Source: Gammaproteobacteria bacterium
GTDB taxonomy: Bacteria; Pseudomonadota; Gammaproteobacteria; UBA9214
Direction: 5' to 3'
Length of the DNA stretch: 47,456 bases
Assembly: GCA_041552135.1 (NCBI GenBank)
Contig: JBFELL010000002.1
Location: forward strand, 1-47,456
In this document: positions 1-8,727 of the stretch, one piece after another
Layout of the letters: the number at the start of each line of letters is the position of its first letter
How positions within the stretch are numbered: the first letter of the stretch is position 1
Notes under the pieces: model-generated
Seen by the model: only the letters and a program-made list of their open reading frames with translations
Told to the model about the DNA's origin: nothing
Database searches by the model: none
Position numbers and translations under genes: made by a program

Positions 1-816
1 AACGCGGCGAACAGGGGCGGCTACCCGCGCCTGTGGGACAGTCACGACGCCGAACTGCAGCAACAGCTCGACGGCATCATGGCGACACTGGGCTACCACA
101 AGGTTATCAGGGAAAAGCGGCTTGCCGTGGTGCTGGTGGACATTTCCGATCTGAAGAAACCCCGCGTTGCAGAGATTAACGGCAACCGTATGATCTATGC
201 TGCAAGTATTCCCAAGCTGGCTATTCTGCTGGGTGCCTTTATCGAGATTCGCGAAGGCAACATGGAACTGGACGAGGAGACGAGCCGATCGCTGCACGAG
301 ATGATCCGCTATTCCTCAAACAAGGAGGCCACACACATGCTGAACAGGATCGGCAAGGAGCGTCTCAACGAGATCCTGCAGCTGGACGAGTTCGATCTCT
401 ATGATATCGAATCCGGAGGCGGGCTTTGGGTCGGCAAGGAATACGGCAAGTCGCCGGCCTACCGGCGTGACCCGTTGCACAACCTCTCGCATGGCGCGAC
501 GGCGATGCAGGTGGCGCGTTTCTACTACCTGATGGAGACCGGCCAGATCGTCGAGGGTGAGTTGCAGCGCGAGATGAAGTCCATGCTCGGCGAGCCGGGC
601 ATCAGGCACAAGTTCGTCAAGGGGCTGGCCGGCTACCCGGATGTGAACATCTACCGCAAGTCCGGTTCCTGGAAGCAGTGGCACGGTGACAGTGCCATTT
701 GCGAGGCGGGCCGGACAAGGTACATCATTGTCGGGCTTGTGGAAGATGCCAACGGCGGTGCCTGGCTGAGCCGCATGATCAAGCCGATCCATGAAATGAT
801 GGTCAGTGAACCATGA
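1..816 (+). CDS. serine hydrolase, class A beta-lactamase-like (5' partial, frame open to the window edge)
   Basis: Frame 1 has no stop between nt 1 and the ATG at 79, so the gene probably begins upstream. The product carries SxxK (SIPK), SxN (SSN) and KSG motifs in the order expected for class A penicillin-recognising enzymes. Its stop overlaps the next start (ATGA at 813-816). Confidence 0.7.
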   Translation, partial: NAANRGGYPRLWDSHDAELQQQLDGIMATLGYHKVIREKRLAVVLVDISDLKKPRVAEINGNRMIYAASIPKLAILLGAFIEIREGNMELDEETSRSLHEMIRYSSNKEATHMLNRIGKERLNEILQLDEFDLYDIESGGGLWVGKEYGKSPAYRRDPLHNLSHGATAMQVARFYYLMETGQIVEGELQREMKSMLGEPGIRHKFVKGLAGYPDVNIYRKSGSWKQWHGDSAICEAGRTRYIIVGLVEDANGGAWLSRMIKPIHEMMVSEP

Positions 817-1631
817 CCCGTCTGGCATGCCTGCTTGCACTCTCCACTACGGTGTTGCTGTCAGCATGCAGCAACCGGCCGGTTGTGCCAGGGCCCCACG
901 AATCCCTGAATGCCTCCCTGTGGACGCAGACGTCTGCGGAGTATGCCGCCAGTACCACACAGGCCTACCACAATGCACGGGTGAATATCGACCGCGCACT
1001 GGCCGATCCGCAGTGGACTGCCGCGCTGGAACAACAGGGTGACTATGCGAACCTGCCTCCGGTTATCCTGATGGATATCGATCAAACCGTGCTGGACAAC
1101 AGCGGTTACAACACGCAGATGATACTGGCAGGCGAGCAACATACGCTTGAGCGGTTTTCCGCATGGTGTGAGGCGTTTGCCCCGGCCATACCCGGTGTGA
1201 AGCCCTTCATGGACTACGCCACGGCCCGGGGCGTCACGATTGCCTACTACAGCGCACGCCCGGAGTCTTTGCGCGACTGCACGACACGCAACCTGCAGGC
1301 CTACGGCCTGCCGCTGGCCGACCAGGCGTTGTTGTTGCTGAATGACGGCACGCCGGCGACCAGCAAGGGGCAGCAGCGCAGCAAGCTGGCAGGACGTTAT
1401 CGCATCCTGCTGATCGTCGGCGACAACCTGGATGATTTCCTCAGCGGTTCAAAGGTCAGTCCGGCAGCGCGCCTTTCGCTTGCAGAACAGCACGGGGCTC
1501 GCTGGGGCAGCGAGTGGATTATCCTTCCGAACCCGATGTACGGCCACTGGGAAGCGTCGATCTACGGCTTTGACCGTTCACTGCCCCGCCAGGAACGGGT
1601 CAACAGGAAGTTGCAGCATTTGTCCGACTGA
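813..1631 (+). CDS. class C acid phosphatase / 5'-nucleotidase lipoprotein, e(P4) family (HAD superfamily)
   Basis: The N-terminus has a lipoprotein signal with lipobox LSAC. HAD DDDD-type motifs are present (MDIDQTVLDN, IVGDNLDDF). Length is 272 aa. The start is translationally coupled to the upstream ORF. Confidence 0.8.
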   Translation: MTRLACLLALSTTVLLSACSNRPVVPGPHESLNASLWTQTSAEYAASTTQAYHNARVNIDRALADPQWTAALEQQGDYANLPPVILMDIDQTVLDNSGYNTQMILAGEQHTLERFSAWCEAFAPAIPGVKPFMDYATARGVTIAYYSARPESLRDCTTRNLQAYGLPLADQALLLLNDGTPATSKGQQRSKLAGRYRILLIVGDNLDDFLSGSKVSPAARLSLAEQHGARWGSEWIILPNPMYGHWEASIYGFDRSLPRQERVNRKLQHLSD

Positions 1632-1717
1632 CATGGTGATATCCCGCGAGGATTCCCGATTCCCGCAAGGGCAGCGATCCGGTTGCAGAACACCTGTTCC
1701 ATGGTGCACCAGAACTG

Positions 1718-3103
1718 CTACTTCCCACCCCCGGGAACAGCCTCACCCGCACGGCGGTGCTCCTTCACCAGCAATACGCCGGCGACCAGCCAGCACAGGA
1801 CCAGGAACACGTTGAAGGCAAAGAACTGTGCAGTGGCCAGTGCCAGCAGGTGCACACCAACCAGCACCGTTATCGCGGCCAGGCCGTCACCCAGGCGAAC
1901 GTACAGGGTATCGATGGCCGGCTTGCCGCGAAACTTCATGGCGGAACTGACCGGCAACCACAGCACGTGGCGCGAGGTGTTATTCAGCGAATAGTCCGTG
2001 GCGTTCTCGGCGATCTTCATCACCTTGACCACTGCCAGCACCGGCAGCAGCGCCATCAGTGTATAGGAGGTCAGCGCGATCACCGGCAGTATCAGCAGGA
2101 TGGCCGCAAAGCCGCCGTACTTCAGCAGGCGGGACGCGACGAAGGCCTGCAATATCAGCGCAACACAGTTTACCCAGAAATAGAAGTTGCCGTAAAAACC
2201 GGTGGTGCCGTCGCGGACAAACTCCTGCAGCATGCGTTCATCGGTAATCCCCTCTGCACCGGCCTGCACGGCAAGTGATTCCTGAATGACACGAAACAGC
2301 AGGTTCTCGCCATTGGTATTGACCCAGTTGGTGAACAGCGTGACCAGTGCCGCCAGCAGCAGGAACTTGCTTACCAGTACCAGCCTTGCACCACTCCAGA
2401 TGCTGGCCTTGCTGGCATCCTTGCCCGGCACCGGCTCGTTGGCTGTTTCGCCATGGCGGTTCTCGCGCTGGTCGACCTTGCGCACCAGTACGATGGAGGC
2501 GAGCAGGGGCAGGACGGCGATCAGTAGCAGGGCCTCGGTTGGCACGGTGCCGGAAGAGACCAGCTTGTCGACGACCCATGAGCCGAACGCGGCACCGGAA
2601 GTCGCGCCGACCGCAATAAAGGGCAGCATGCGTTTGCCGCGTTCATCGGTATAGATGTCGGCGCAAAAGGTCCAGAACTGCGCCACCACGAACACGCCGA
2701 ACATGCCGACCCACAGGTAGTAGACAATGCCGGACAGCGGCAGCTGCTCGAAAAAGAAGTGGGGCTGCAGGAACCAGAAGATCACCATGTTGGAGATGCA
2801 GAACAGCGTGGCGCGAGTGAACAGGGTGACGCGATCCCAGCGGTCCGCGAGGCGTGCATACCAGCCGACCACGAACAGCAGCAGGATGCTCTGGGCAAAG
2901 CTGGAATAGGCCTTGACCTCCATCTTGGTCAGGCCCTCGATATCAGAGACCGCGATCCAGCCCTCGCGCAGCGGCTTGATGAAATAGTAGGCCAGCAGGA
3001 TGAGAAACACGTTGGCGAACATCATGACCGCGGTGCCGCCTTCGCCGGGTTTTACCACGGTGAACAGGCGCAGCAGTCGTTCTGTGCGTGATAGCGCTTG
3101 CAT
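1718..3103 (-). CDS. multi-pass membrane transporter, ATP:ADP antiporter (TLC/AAA)-like MFS-type protein
   Basis: 461-aa ORF with about 11-12 hydrophobic segments. The N-terminal pattern (KPGEGGTAVMMFANVFLILLAYYFIKPLREG) resembles the Npt/TLC nucleotide-transporter family as I remember it. Substrate is unknown. Confidence 0.55.
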   Translation of the reverse strand: MQALSRTERLLRLFTVVKPGEGGTAVMMFANVFLILLAYYFIKPLREGWIAVSDIEGLTKMEVKAYSSFAQSILLLFVVGWYARLADRWDRVTLFTRATLFCISNMVIFWFLQPHFFFEQLPLSGIVYYLWVGMFGVFVVAQFWTFCADIYTDERGKRMLPFIAVGATSGAAFGSWVVDKLVSSGTVPTEALLLIAVLPLLASIVLVRKVDQRENRHGETANEPVPGKDASKASIWSGARLVLVSKFLLLAALVTLFTNWVNTNGENLLFRVIQESLAVQAGAEGITDERMLQEFVRDGTTGFYGNFYFWVNCVALILQAFVASRLLKYGGFAAILLILPVIALTSYTLMALLPVLAVVKVMKIAENATDYSLNNTSRHVLWLPVSSAMKFRGKPAIDTLYVRLGDGLAAITVLVGVHLLALATAQFFAFNVFLVLCWLVAGVLLVKEHRRAGEAVPGGGK

Positions 3104-3481
3104 GATCAGCGGTCCGTCGTAGCCTGGTGCCGGGCGCCATTATAGGGGAGTACGGCCGGAACCGGCGGTCCTGCGGTAATTTTCGCTGACAAATCCAGGT
3201 CAATCCGCGATATTCATCGCCACATCAAACAGTAGGGGCAGGCATGTTGAAGGTACTCTTCGGAGATGTTCAGGCCGGACAGCTGTCACGTCTGCCCTAT
3301 CCCGGCTAGCCACGGTTGCTCCCGGTACTGACGGTCGTGGTCGGCGCGGCAATCGCCATAGCCGCTGGTGTTCGCCAGCCGCTCATGGCCGGCGACCGGA
3401 GGCGCGGGTCACCGCACCGCAGCCGGTGGCCGATCAACCCTGCCGGCGCTGGCTGCGACCGGTACCTGGCGGGTAAGGGGT

Positions 3482-3716
3482 TTCACCGCAAGGGACAGGC
3501 AGGTCGGGTCAGGTGCACAGCAGCGTAACCCGACAGCGGTAGAGCCCCCTGTGCCGGATGACGGCCTTCGGCCTGATCCGGCCTGCAGACACCTTTGTAA
3601 CCCGCAGGTATCCCCTGCCCTTCGCGACGAAGAAGTCCTGTCTGCGCCCTCTCGGTAACGGCTCCATGCGCTACCCTGCCTCCTGCATCACTGCAGTCGT
3701 GCGTCTCCGCGGTGAA
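3482..3716. repeat. palindromic MITE/REP-like element, TTCACCGC family (copy A)
   Basis: The left end is TTCACCGCAAGGGACAGG. The right end GTGCGTCTCCGCGGTGAA is the reverse complement of TTCACCGCGGAGACGCAC. Internal hairpins include CCGGATgacGGCCttcGGCCtgATCCGG at about 3553-3580. It lies in a 630-bp gene-free gap. Confidence 0.5.
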
Positions 3717-3735
3717 GACAGGCGCCACATGCCAG

Positions 3736-4212
3736 TTACAGTAAATACACCATCATCTGCAACAGGGCCCCGGCAAACACACCCGCGATCACGTCATCCA
3801 GCATGATCCCTGTCCCGCCGTGTACGCGGCGGTCAAACCACCCAATCGGCCAGGGCTTGAGAATGTCGAACAGGCGAAACAGGACAAAGCCTGCCGCGAC
3901 CCACAACCAGCCGGCCGGTGCCGCGGTCATCGTGATCAGGTAGCCGACAATCTCGTCCCAGACAATCGCGGGATGGTCATGCACACCGAGTCGCGCGGCG
4001 GTGTAGCCGCAGACCAGTATGCCGCCGAACACAGACACCAGCACCAGCGCGAGGTAGGCGCCCAGCGACAGGTCCTGCAGCAGCAGGTAGAGCGGTATGG
4101 CGGCCAGGGTACCGGCCGTGCCCGGCGCCACCGGCAGCAGGCCGCTGCCAAAGCCCAGGGCAAGGAAGCAGGAGGGATTCAGCAACTGGCGGGCAGTGAC
4201 CGGTTCAGCCAT
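3736..4212 (-). CDS. pgpA: phosphatidylglycerophosphatase A
   Basis: PgpA-typical blocks are present (GFGSGLLPVAPGTAGTLAAIP, WDEIVGY, FRLFDILKPWPIGW, GIMLDDVIAG). I chose the ATG at 4212, which forms an ATGGCTGA overlap with the thiL stop. The longer track ORF (to 4326) would overlap thiL by 120 nt. Confidence 0.85.
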   Translation of the reverse strand: MAEPVTARQLLNPSCFLALGFGSGLLPVAPGTAGTLAAIPLYLLLQDLSLGAYLALVLVSVFGGILVCGYTAARLGVHDHPAIVWDEIVGYLITMTAAPAGWLWVAAGFVLFRLFDILKPWPIGWFDRRVHGGTGIMLDDVIAGVFAGALLQMMVYLL

Positions 4213-5179
4213 TGCCGTTCCTGAAATGCTGGTAGCCGTCCCCGGCCGGCACCCAGGGCGAACCATCCTGCCGCTGGCAGCGAATGCCAGGGGCCACCTC
4301 GATGACACCCACGGCGGTGCAGCCACCCGGCAGAGCCGCCAGCCGCGATTCGGCTACCGCGCATCGATCGGGCGGAACAGTGAAGCATAATTCATAATCA
4401 TCTCCGCTACTTAGCATAATATTATGATATGAATTCACGGAGTTGGCGACGCCCCGCGCTGTCAGGCCGGCCGAATGAGGCAGTGAATCGATCTGCAGCA
4501 TGGCGCCGAGATTACCGGTCTCCAGCAGATGGCCCAGGTCGGCCAGCAGGCCGTCGGAGATATCGATCACGGCACTGGCAAGCCCCCGCAGCGCCAGGCC
4601 CGCCTCGATTCGCGGCGAGGGGAAATCCAGGCGCTGGCGTAGCGCCGGCGCCGCCTGCGCCCCCTGTCGCAAGGCCATGCCGGCATCGCCGAGTGTACCC
4701 GTGACGTAGATGCAATCGCCCGCCGACGCCCCCCTGCGCTGCAGGACCTCACCCCTGGGCACCAGGCCGTGTGCCTGCACGGTCACACTCAGGGGGCCGC
4801 GCGTGACATCACCGCCGACCAGCTGCACCCGGTAGTGGTCTGCCAGGCGGAACAGGCCCCGTGCAAAGGCTGCCAGCCAGTCCGCGTCGGCCTGCGGCAG
4901 TGTCACCGACAGGGTGAACCAGGCGGGCTCGGCGCCCATGGCCGCCAGGTCGCTCAGGTTGACGGCCAGCGCCTTGTGACCGATCGCCTCGGGCGAGGTG
5001 GCCGCGGGAAAATGCACGCCGGCAACCAGGGTATCCATGCACAGCACCAGGTCGCGCTCGTCAGGCACCCTCACCACGGCAGCGTCATCGCCGATACCCA
5101 GCACAACGTCATCACGCCCGGCCGCGGCCTGCGGACGGTCAAAGTAGCGCCGGATAAGTTCGAATTCTGACAGGGCCAT
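4205..5179 (-). CDS. thiL: thiamine-monophosphate kinase
   Basis: 324 aa with ThiL/AIR-synthase-like motifs (GIGDDAAVV, DTLVAGVHF). It sits in the conserved nusB-thiL-pgpA arrangement. Confidence 0.9.
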   Translation of the reverse strand: MALSEFELIRRYFDRPQAAAGRDDVVLGIGDDAAVVRVPDERDLVLCMDTLVAGVHFPAATSPEAIGHKALAVNLSDLAAMGAEPAWFTLSVTLPQADADWLAAFARGLFRLADHYRVQLVGGDVTRGPLSVTVQAHGLVPRGEVLQRRGASAGDCIYVTGTLGDAGMALRQGAQAAPALRQRLDFPSPRIEAGLALRGLASAVIDISDGLLADLGHLLETGNLGAMLQIDSLPHSAGLTARGVANSVNSYHNIMLSSGDDYELCFTVPPDRCAVAESRLAALPGGCTAVGVIEVAPGIRCQRQDGSPWVPAGDGYQHFRNGNG

Positions 5180-5208
5180 GGAGGATGACCGGGATGACAG
5201 GCGCTCGA

Positions 5209-5664
5209 TCAGAGACCGTTGACCTGTTGTGGCTTGCGGCTGTACTCGTCAGGACGAAGCCTGTGTGCCAGCCTGTCGAGCACACCGTTGACAAAGGCAT
5301 GCCCCTGCTCGGCACCGAACTTTCGGGTCAGGGTGATTGCCTCGTTGAGGATGACACGATAAGGCACATCGATCCGGTACAGCAGTTCGTAGGTGGCAAT
5401 GCGCAGTATGGCGCGCTCGACGGGGTCGACCTGGTCCATGGGCCGGTCCAGGTATTCGGCAATGTCACGGTCGATGGCTTCAAGCCTGGCCGGAACCGAC
5501 TGCAGCAACTCGACGAAGTAGTCCCTGTCGGCCCGCCTGAAATCCTCCGCCTCGGTAAACTGGCGCTGGATCTCGGCCAGGTCCGTGCCCGACAGATCCC
5601 ACTGGTACAGGGCCTGCATGGCGAAGCGTCGCGAGCGTGCCCGTGCATGTACGGAGAATTCCAT
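5209..5664 (-). CDS. nusB: transcription antitermination factor NusB
   Basis: 151 aa. The N-terminus ARSRRFAMQALYQWDLSG is typical of NusB, and the gene lies directly downstream of ribH as in most proteobacteria. Confidence 0.9.
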   Translation of the reverse strand: MEFSVHARARSRRFAMQALYQWDLSGTDLAEIQRQFTEAEDFRRADRDYFVELLQSVPARLEAIDRDIAEYLDRPMDQVDPVERAILRIATYELLYRIDVPYRVILNEAITLTRKFGAEQGHAFVNGVLDRLAHRLRPDEYSRKPQQVNGL

Positions 5665-5678
5665 CGCCGTTCGCGGCC

Positions 5679-6155
5679 TCAGCCGTCCAGGCTCCTGAGC
5701 AGGTTGATCATTTCAATTGTCGACATGGCGGCCTCGCCGCCCTTGTTGCCGGCCTTGGTGCCGGCCCGCTCGATCGCCTGCTCGATGCTGTCGACCGTCA
5801 GCACGCCGAAGGCGATCGGGATATCGAACTTCAGCGACACCGAGGACAGTCCCTTGGTGCACTCGCCGGCCACGTACTCGAAATGCGGGGTGCCGCCGCG
5901 GATCACCGCGCCCAGCGCGATGATGGCCTCGAAACGCTTGCTGGCCGCCAGCCGCTGGGCCGCGATCGGCATTTCGTAGGCACCCGGCACCCGGACAATC
6001 TCCAGGTCACGCTCGTCGGCGCCATGACGCTTCAGCGTGTCGATGGCCCCCTGGAGCAGGCTCTCCACGACGAAGCTGTTGAAGCGGGATACCAGCAATG
6101 CAATGCGCGCATCGCGGACAACCAGATCGCCTTCCCTAACGGTAATGTCTGTCAT
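5679..6155 (-). CDS. ribH: 6,7-dimethyl-8-ribityllumazine synthase
   Basis: 158 aa. The lumazine synthase signature region ([26 protein letters not shown]) is present and the gene lies in a rib operon. Confidence 0.93.
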   Translation of the reverse strand: MTDITVREGDLVVRDARIALLVSRFNSFVVESLLQGAIDTLKRHGADERDLEIVRVPGAYEMPIAAQRLAASKRFEAIIALGAVIRGGTPHFEYVAGECTKGLSSVSLKFDIPIAFGVLTVDSIEQAIERAGTKAGNKGGEAAMSTIEMINLLRSLDG

Positions 6156-6206
6156 GATTAGATCTTCCTGTACTTACGGCTCTGTGCAACATCGCCATGT
6201 ATTCAT

Positions 6207-6334
6207 TCACCGCAGAGACGCAGAGGTCGCTGAGTAAAACATTCAAAAAAAGAAAAATACGCTCCGCTTCAACATGGTACCGCAAAAAAACAGCTGATAA
6301 ATCCTGACGGAAAGACTCTGCGTCTCTGCGGTGA
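6207..6334. repeat. palindromic MITE/REP-like element, TTCACCGC family (copy B) with perfect 19-bp terminal inverted repeats
   Basis: TCACCGCAGAGACGCAGAG (6207-6225) is the exact reverse complement of CTCTGCGTCTCTGCGGTGA (6316-6334). The core is AT-rich and about 90 bp long. The element sits in the ribBA-ribH spacer. Confidence 0.75.
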
Positions 6335-6362
6335 GAAATTCCGGGACAGCAGCCGCCAGGGG

Positions 6363-7472
6363 TTATTCACACGGCACGTACTCGACGACCTCCAGCCCGA
6401 AGCCGGCGATGCCATGCACGATCTTGGGGGCGCTCAGTACCCGCATCCTGCGTATACCGAGGTCCGCGATGATCTGCGCGCCGACGCCGTAGGTACGCAA
6501 CTCGTCAGGCTTGGCGTGGGCCCTCTTGCCCCCGGCATCGGGAACATGATACTCCCGGATGCGGTTCACCAGGGCGTCCGGGTCATCATCCCAGCGCAGG
6601 ATGATGACGGCGCCCCGCCCCTCATTCGCGATGCGTTTCAGTGCATCATGCAGCGGCCAGCCATAGTCCTCGGTCCGCGCGCCAAGCATGTCGCCCAGCG
6701 TATTCTGCATGTGCACGCGCACCAGCGTTGGCTCGTCACCGTCAATTTCCCCCATCGTTACCGCGAGGTGCACGGCGTTATCGATCACGTCGTGGTAGGC
6801 ATGGACACGAAACACGCCGTATTCGGTGGCTATGTCGTTCTCGGCAACCCGCTCCACGGTCTTTTCATTTTCAATGCGGTAACGGATCAGGTCCTCGATG
6901 GTGCCCATCTTCAGGCCGTGTTGCCTGGCATAGATTTCCAGGTCAGGCCGGCGCGCCATGCTGCCGTCCTCGTTGAGGATCTCGACAATCACGGCCGCCG
7001 CTTCGAGTCCCGCCAGCCGCGCCAGGTCACAGCCGGCCTCGGTATGCCCGGCACGGGTCAGCACGCCACCGGGCTGTGCCATCAGCGGAAAGATGTGGCC
7101 CGGCTGCACGACATCCCCGGGCACGGCATCCGGGTTGACGGCCGCCTGCACCGTACGGGCGCGGTCATGCGCCGAGATGCCGGTGGTCACCCCCTCGGCC
7201 GCCTCGATGGACAGGGTGAAGTTGGTCGAGTGCAGCGACACGTTGCGACGCACCATCAGCGGCAGCGCCAGTTGCTGACAGCGCTCGTGCGTCAGTGTCA
7301 GACAGATCAGGCCACGGCCGTGGCTTGCCATGAAATTGATGTCTTCCGGCCGCACGTGTTCGGCGGCCATCACCAGGTCGCCCTCGTTCTCGCGGTCCTC
7401 GTCATCCATCAGGATGACCATGCGGCCGTTACGAATATCTTCAACGAGTTCGTCTGTGGTATTGAGTGACAT
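6363..7472 (-). CDS. ribBA: bifunctional 3,4-dihydroxy-2-butanone-4-phosphate synthase / GTP cyclohydrolase II
   Basis: The N-terminal half is DHBP synthase ([18 protein letters not shown]) and the C-terminal half is GTP cyclohydrolase II-like. I preferred the ATG at 7472. The track start at 7484 is a TTG. Confidence 0.92.
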   Translation of the reverse strand: MSLNTTDELVEDIRNGRMVILMDDEDRENEGDLVMAAEHVRPEDINFMASHGRGLICLTLTHERCQQLALPLMVRRNVSLHSTNFTLSIEAAEGVTTGISAHDRARTVQAAVNPDAVPGDVVQPGHIFPLMAQPGGVLTRAGHTEAGCDLARLAGLEAAAVIVEILNEDGSMARRPDLEIYARQHGLKMGTIEDLIRYRIENEKTVERVAENDIATEYGVFRVHAYHDVIDNAVHLAVTMGEIDGDEPTLVRVHMQNTLGDMLGARTEDYGWPLHDALKRIANEGRGAVIILRWDDDPDALVNRIREYHVPDAGGKRAHAKPDELRTYGVGAQIIADLGIRRMRVLSAPKIVHGIAGFGLEVVEYVPCE

Positions 7473-7593
7473 AGTGTTTTTCAACGCCCGGGGCCGGGGC
7501 GTGTCCGGCTGGGCCTGCTGCGTGTCGCCTGATGAGCAGACATATTAACCGTAAATCAGGGCCTTGACACCCTTGCTTTATAGGTAGGATGAG

Positions 7594-8262
7594 TTAGCCA
7601 CCATCATCGAAAAAGCCGCTGGCCATCAGCTTTTCCAGTGTGACCCCGCCACTATCGGGCTGTGCCGCGCGCTCCCCCAGCAGCAGCCGCTCCAGGTAGC
7701 GCGCCACCAGGTCCACCTCGAGATTGACCTTGCGAGCGACCCGGTAACCGGCCAGGGTCGTCTCGGCCAGCGTATGGGGCACGATGTTGAGCTCGAACTC
7801 CGCCCCGTTAACGGCGTTCACGGTCAGGCTGACGCCGTCGACCGTGATGGAGCCCTTGGCGGCGATGTAGCGCGCCAGCGCGTCCGGCGCCCGCAGGGTG
7901 AAACGCACCGAGCGGCTGTCCTCGCTGCGCGACACGACACTGCCGACGCCATCGACATGCCCGCTGACCAGGTGGCCGCCCAGGCGCGTCGACAGCGTCA
8001 GGGCCTTCTCCAGGTTGACCTGGTCATCCAGTGCCAGCTCGCCAAGGATGGTGCACCGCAATGTCTCGCCGGATACATCGGCCCGGAAACCCGCGGCGGA
8101 CATGTCGACCACGGTGAGGCACACACCGCTGACGGCGATGCTGTCACCGGGCTCCACATCGGCCATGGGCAGTTTGCCCGTATCGACGCCGATGCGCATG
8201 TCCCCGCCGCGCTTCTCCAGCGACGTGATCTTTCCGACTGCCTGTATGATGCCTGTGAACAT
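7594..8262 (-). CDS. ribE: riboflavin synthase (alpha chain)
   Basis: 222 aa. It has the canonical MFTGIIQAVGKI N-terminus and the internal duplication typical of riboflavin synthase. Confidence 0.92.
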   Translation of the reverse strand: MFTGIIQAVGKITSLEKRGGDMRIGVDTGKLPMADVEPGDSIAVSGVCLTVVDMSAAGFRADVSGETLRCTILGELALDDQVNLEKALTLSTRLGGHLVSGHVDGVGSVVSRSEDSRSVRFTLRAPDALARYIAAKGSITVDGVSLTVNAVNGAEFELNIVPHTLAETTLAGYRVARKVNLEVDLVARYLERLLLGERAAQPDSGGVTLEKLMASGFFDDGG

Positions 8263-8286
8263 GGTTTTATTCCTGAAAATATCGTC

Positions 8287-8713
8287 TCACCGCAAAGACG
8301 CAGAGAAAGGCGAAATCGAATTCACCGCAAAGAAATAATATGTATCACTGCTGTCCCGTTAACTCCCTCTCCCTTCGGGAGAGGGTTGGGGAGAGGGGAT
8401 AAATAAACGTCAACTGTCTGATTTTACATCCCCTCATCCTACCCTTCTCCCGCAGGGAGAAGGAACGCCCTGTTCATCATGCAGTGACCCCTATTCATGT
8501 CCACGGTGTTCATGCAGCATGTTGCAAACAATCCAGACAAGGTTAACGGGACAGCAGTGAATATGTATGTAAAAAAACCACGTCGTACTCGCGGTGCAGG
8601 AATCCACTCAGAATTGAAATGTGGTTTTATAAAATCATTCTTTACTTCGCGTTCTATGCGACTTTGCGGTTAAATTTACGGTTTTCTCTGCGCCCTCTGC
8701 GTCTCTGCGGTGA
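8287..8713. repeat. composite nested palindromic element, TTCACCGC family (copy C) enclosing a second IR element and REP-like hairpins
   Basis: The outer arms are TCACCGCAAAGACGCAGAG (8287-8305) and CTCTGCGTCTCTGCGGTGA (8695-8713). They match 18/19 as inverted repeats, and the right arm is identical to copy B. The element fills the unusually long 465-bp ribD-ribE spacer. Confidence 0.7.
8346..8559. repeat. inner inverted-repeat element (GTTAACGG-type ends) nested inside copy C
   Basis: A perfect 18-bp inverted repeat is present: CACTGCTGTCCCGTTAAC (8346-8363) and GTTAACGGGACAGCAGTG (8542-8559). The interior holds hairpins CCCTCTCCCttcGGGAGAGGG and CCTTCTCCCgcaGGGAGAAGG. Confidence 0.7.
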
Positions 8714-8727
8714 AAAGTCTGTAAAAG

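Noticed and set aside
4213-4326. Upstream extension of pgpA to the ATG at 4326 (the 196-aa version).
   Set aside because: It would overlap thiL by 120 nt and adds a non-PgpA Pro/Arg-rich leader. The ATG at 4212 gives the classic ATGGCTGA stop/start overlap and a PgpA-sized product.
7485-7593. Possible FMN (RFN) riboswitch in the rib operon spacers. I also checked 6156-6362, 8263-8727 and 9847-9929.
   Set aside because: On the minus strand I could not find the conserved RFN core segments (GGGCGGGG / CCGACGG / AGTCCGGATG-like blocks as I recall them). The spacers are too short or are occupied by dispersed repeats. An Rfam scan would be decisive.
7774-8406. Plus-strand ORFs 7774-8406 and 7898-8338, which extend from antisense ribE into the repeat composite and end in ...SPFGRGLGRGDK.
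   Set aside because: They are antisense to ribE. Their tails are translations of the REP-like hairpin CCCTCTCCCttcGGGAGAGGG, a known source of spurious hypothetical proteins.
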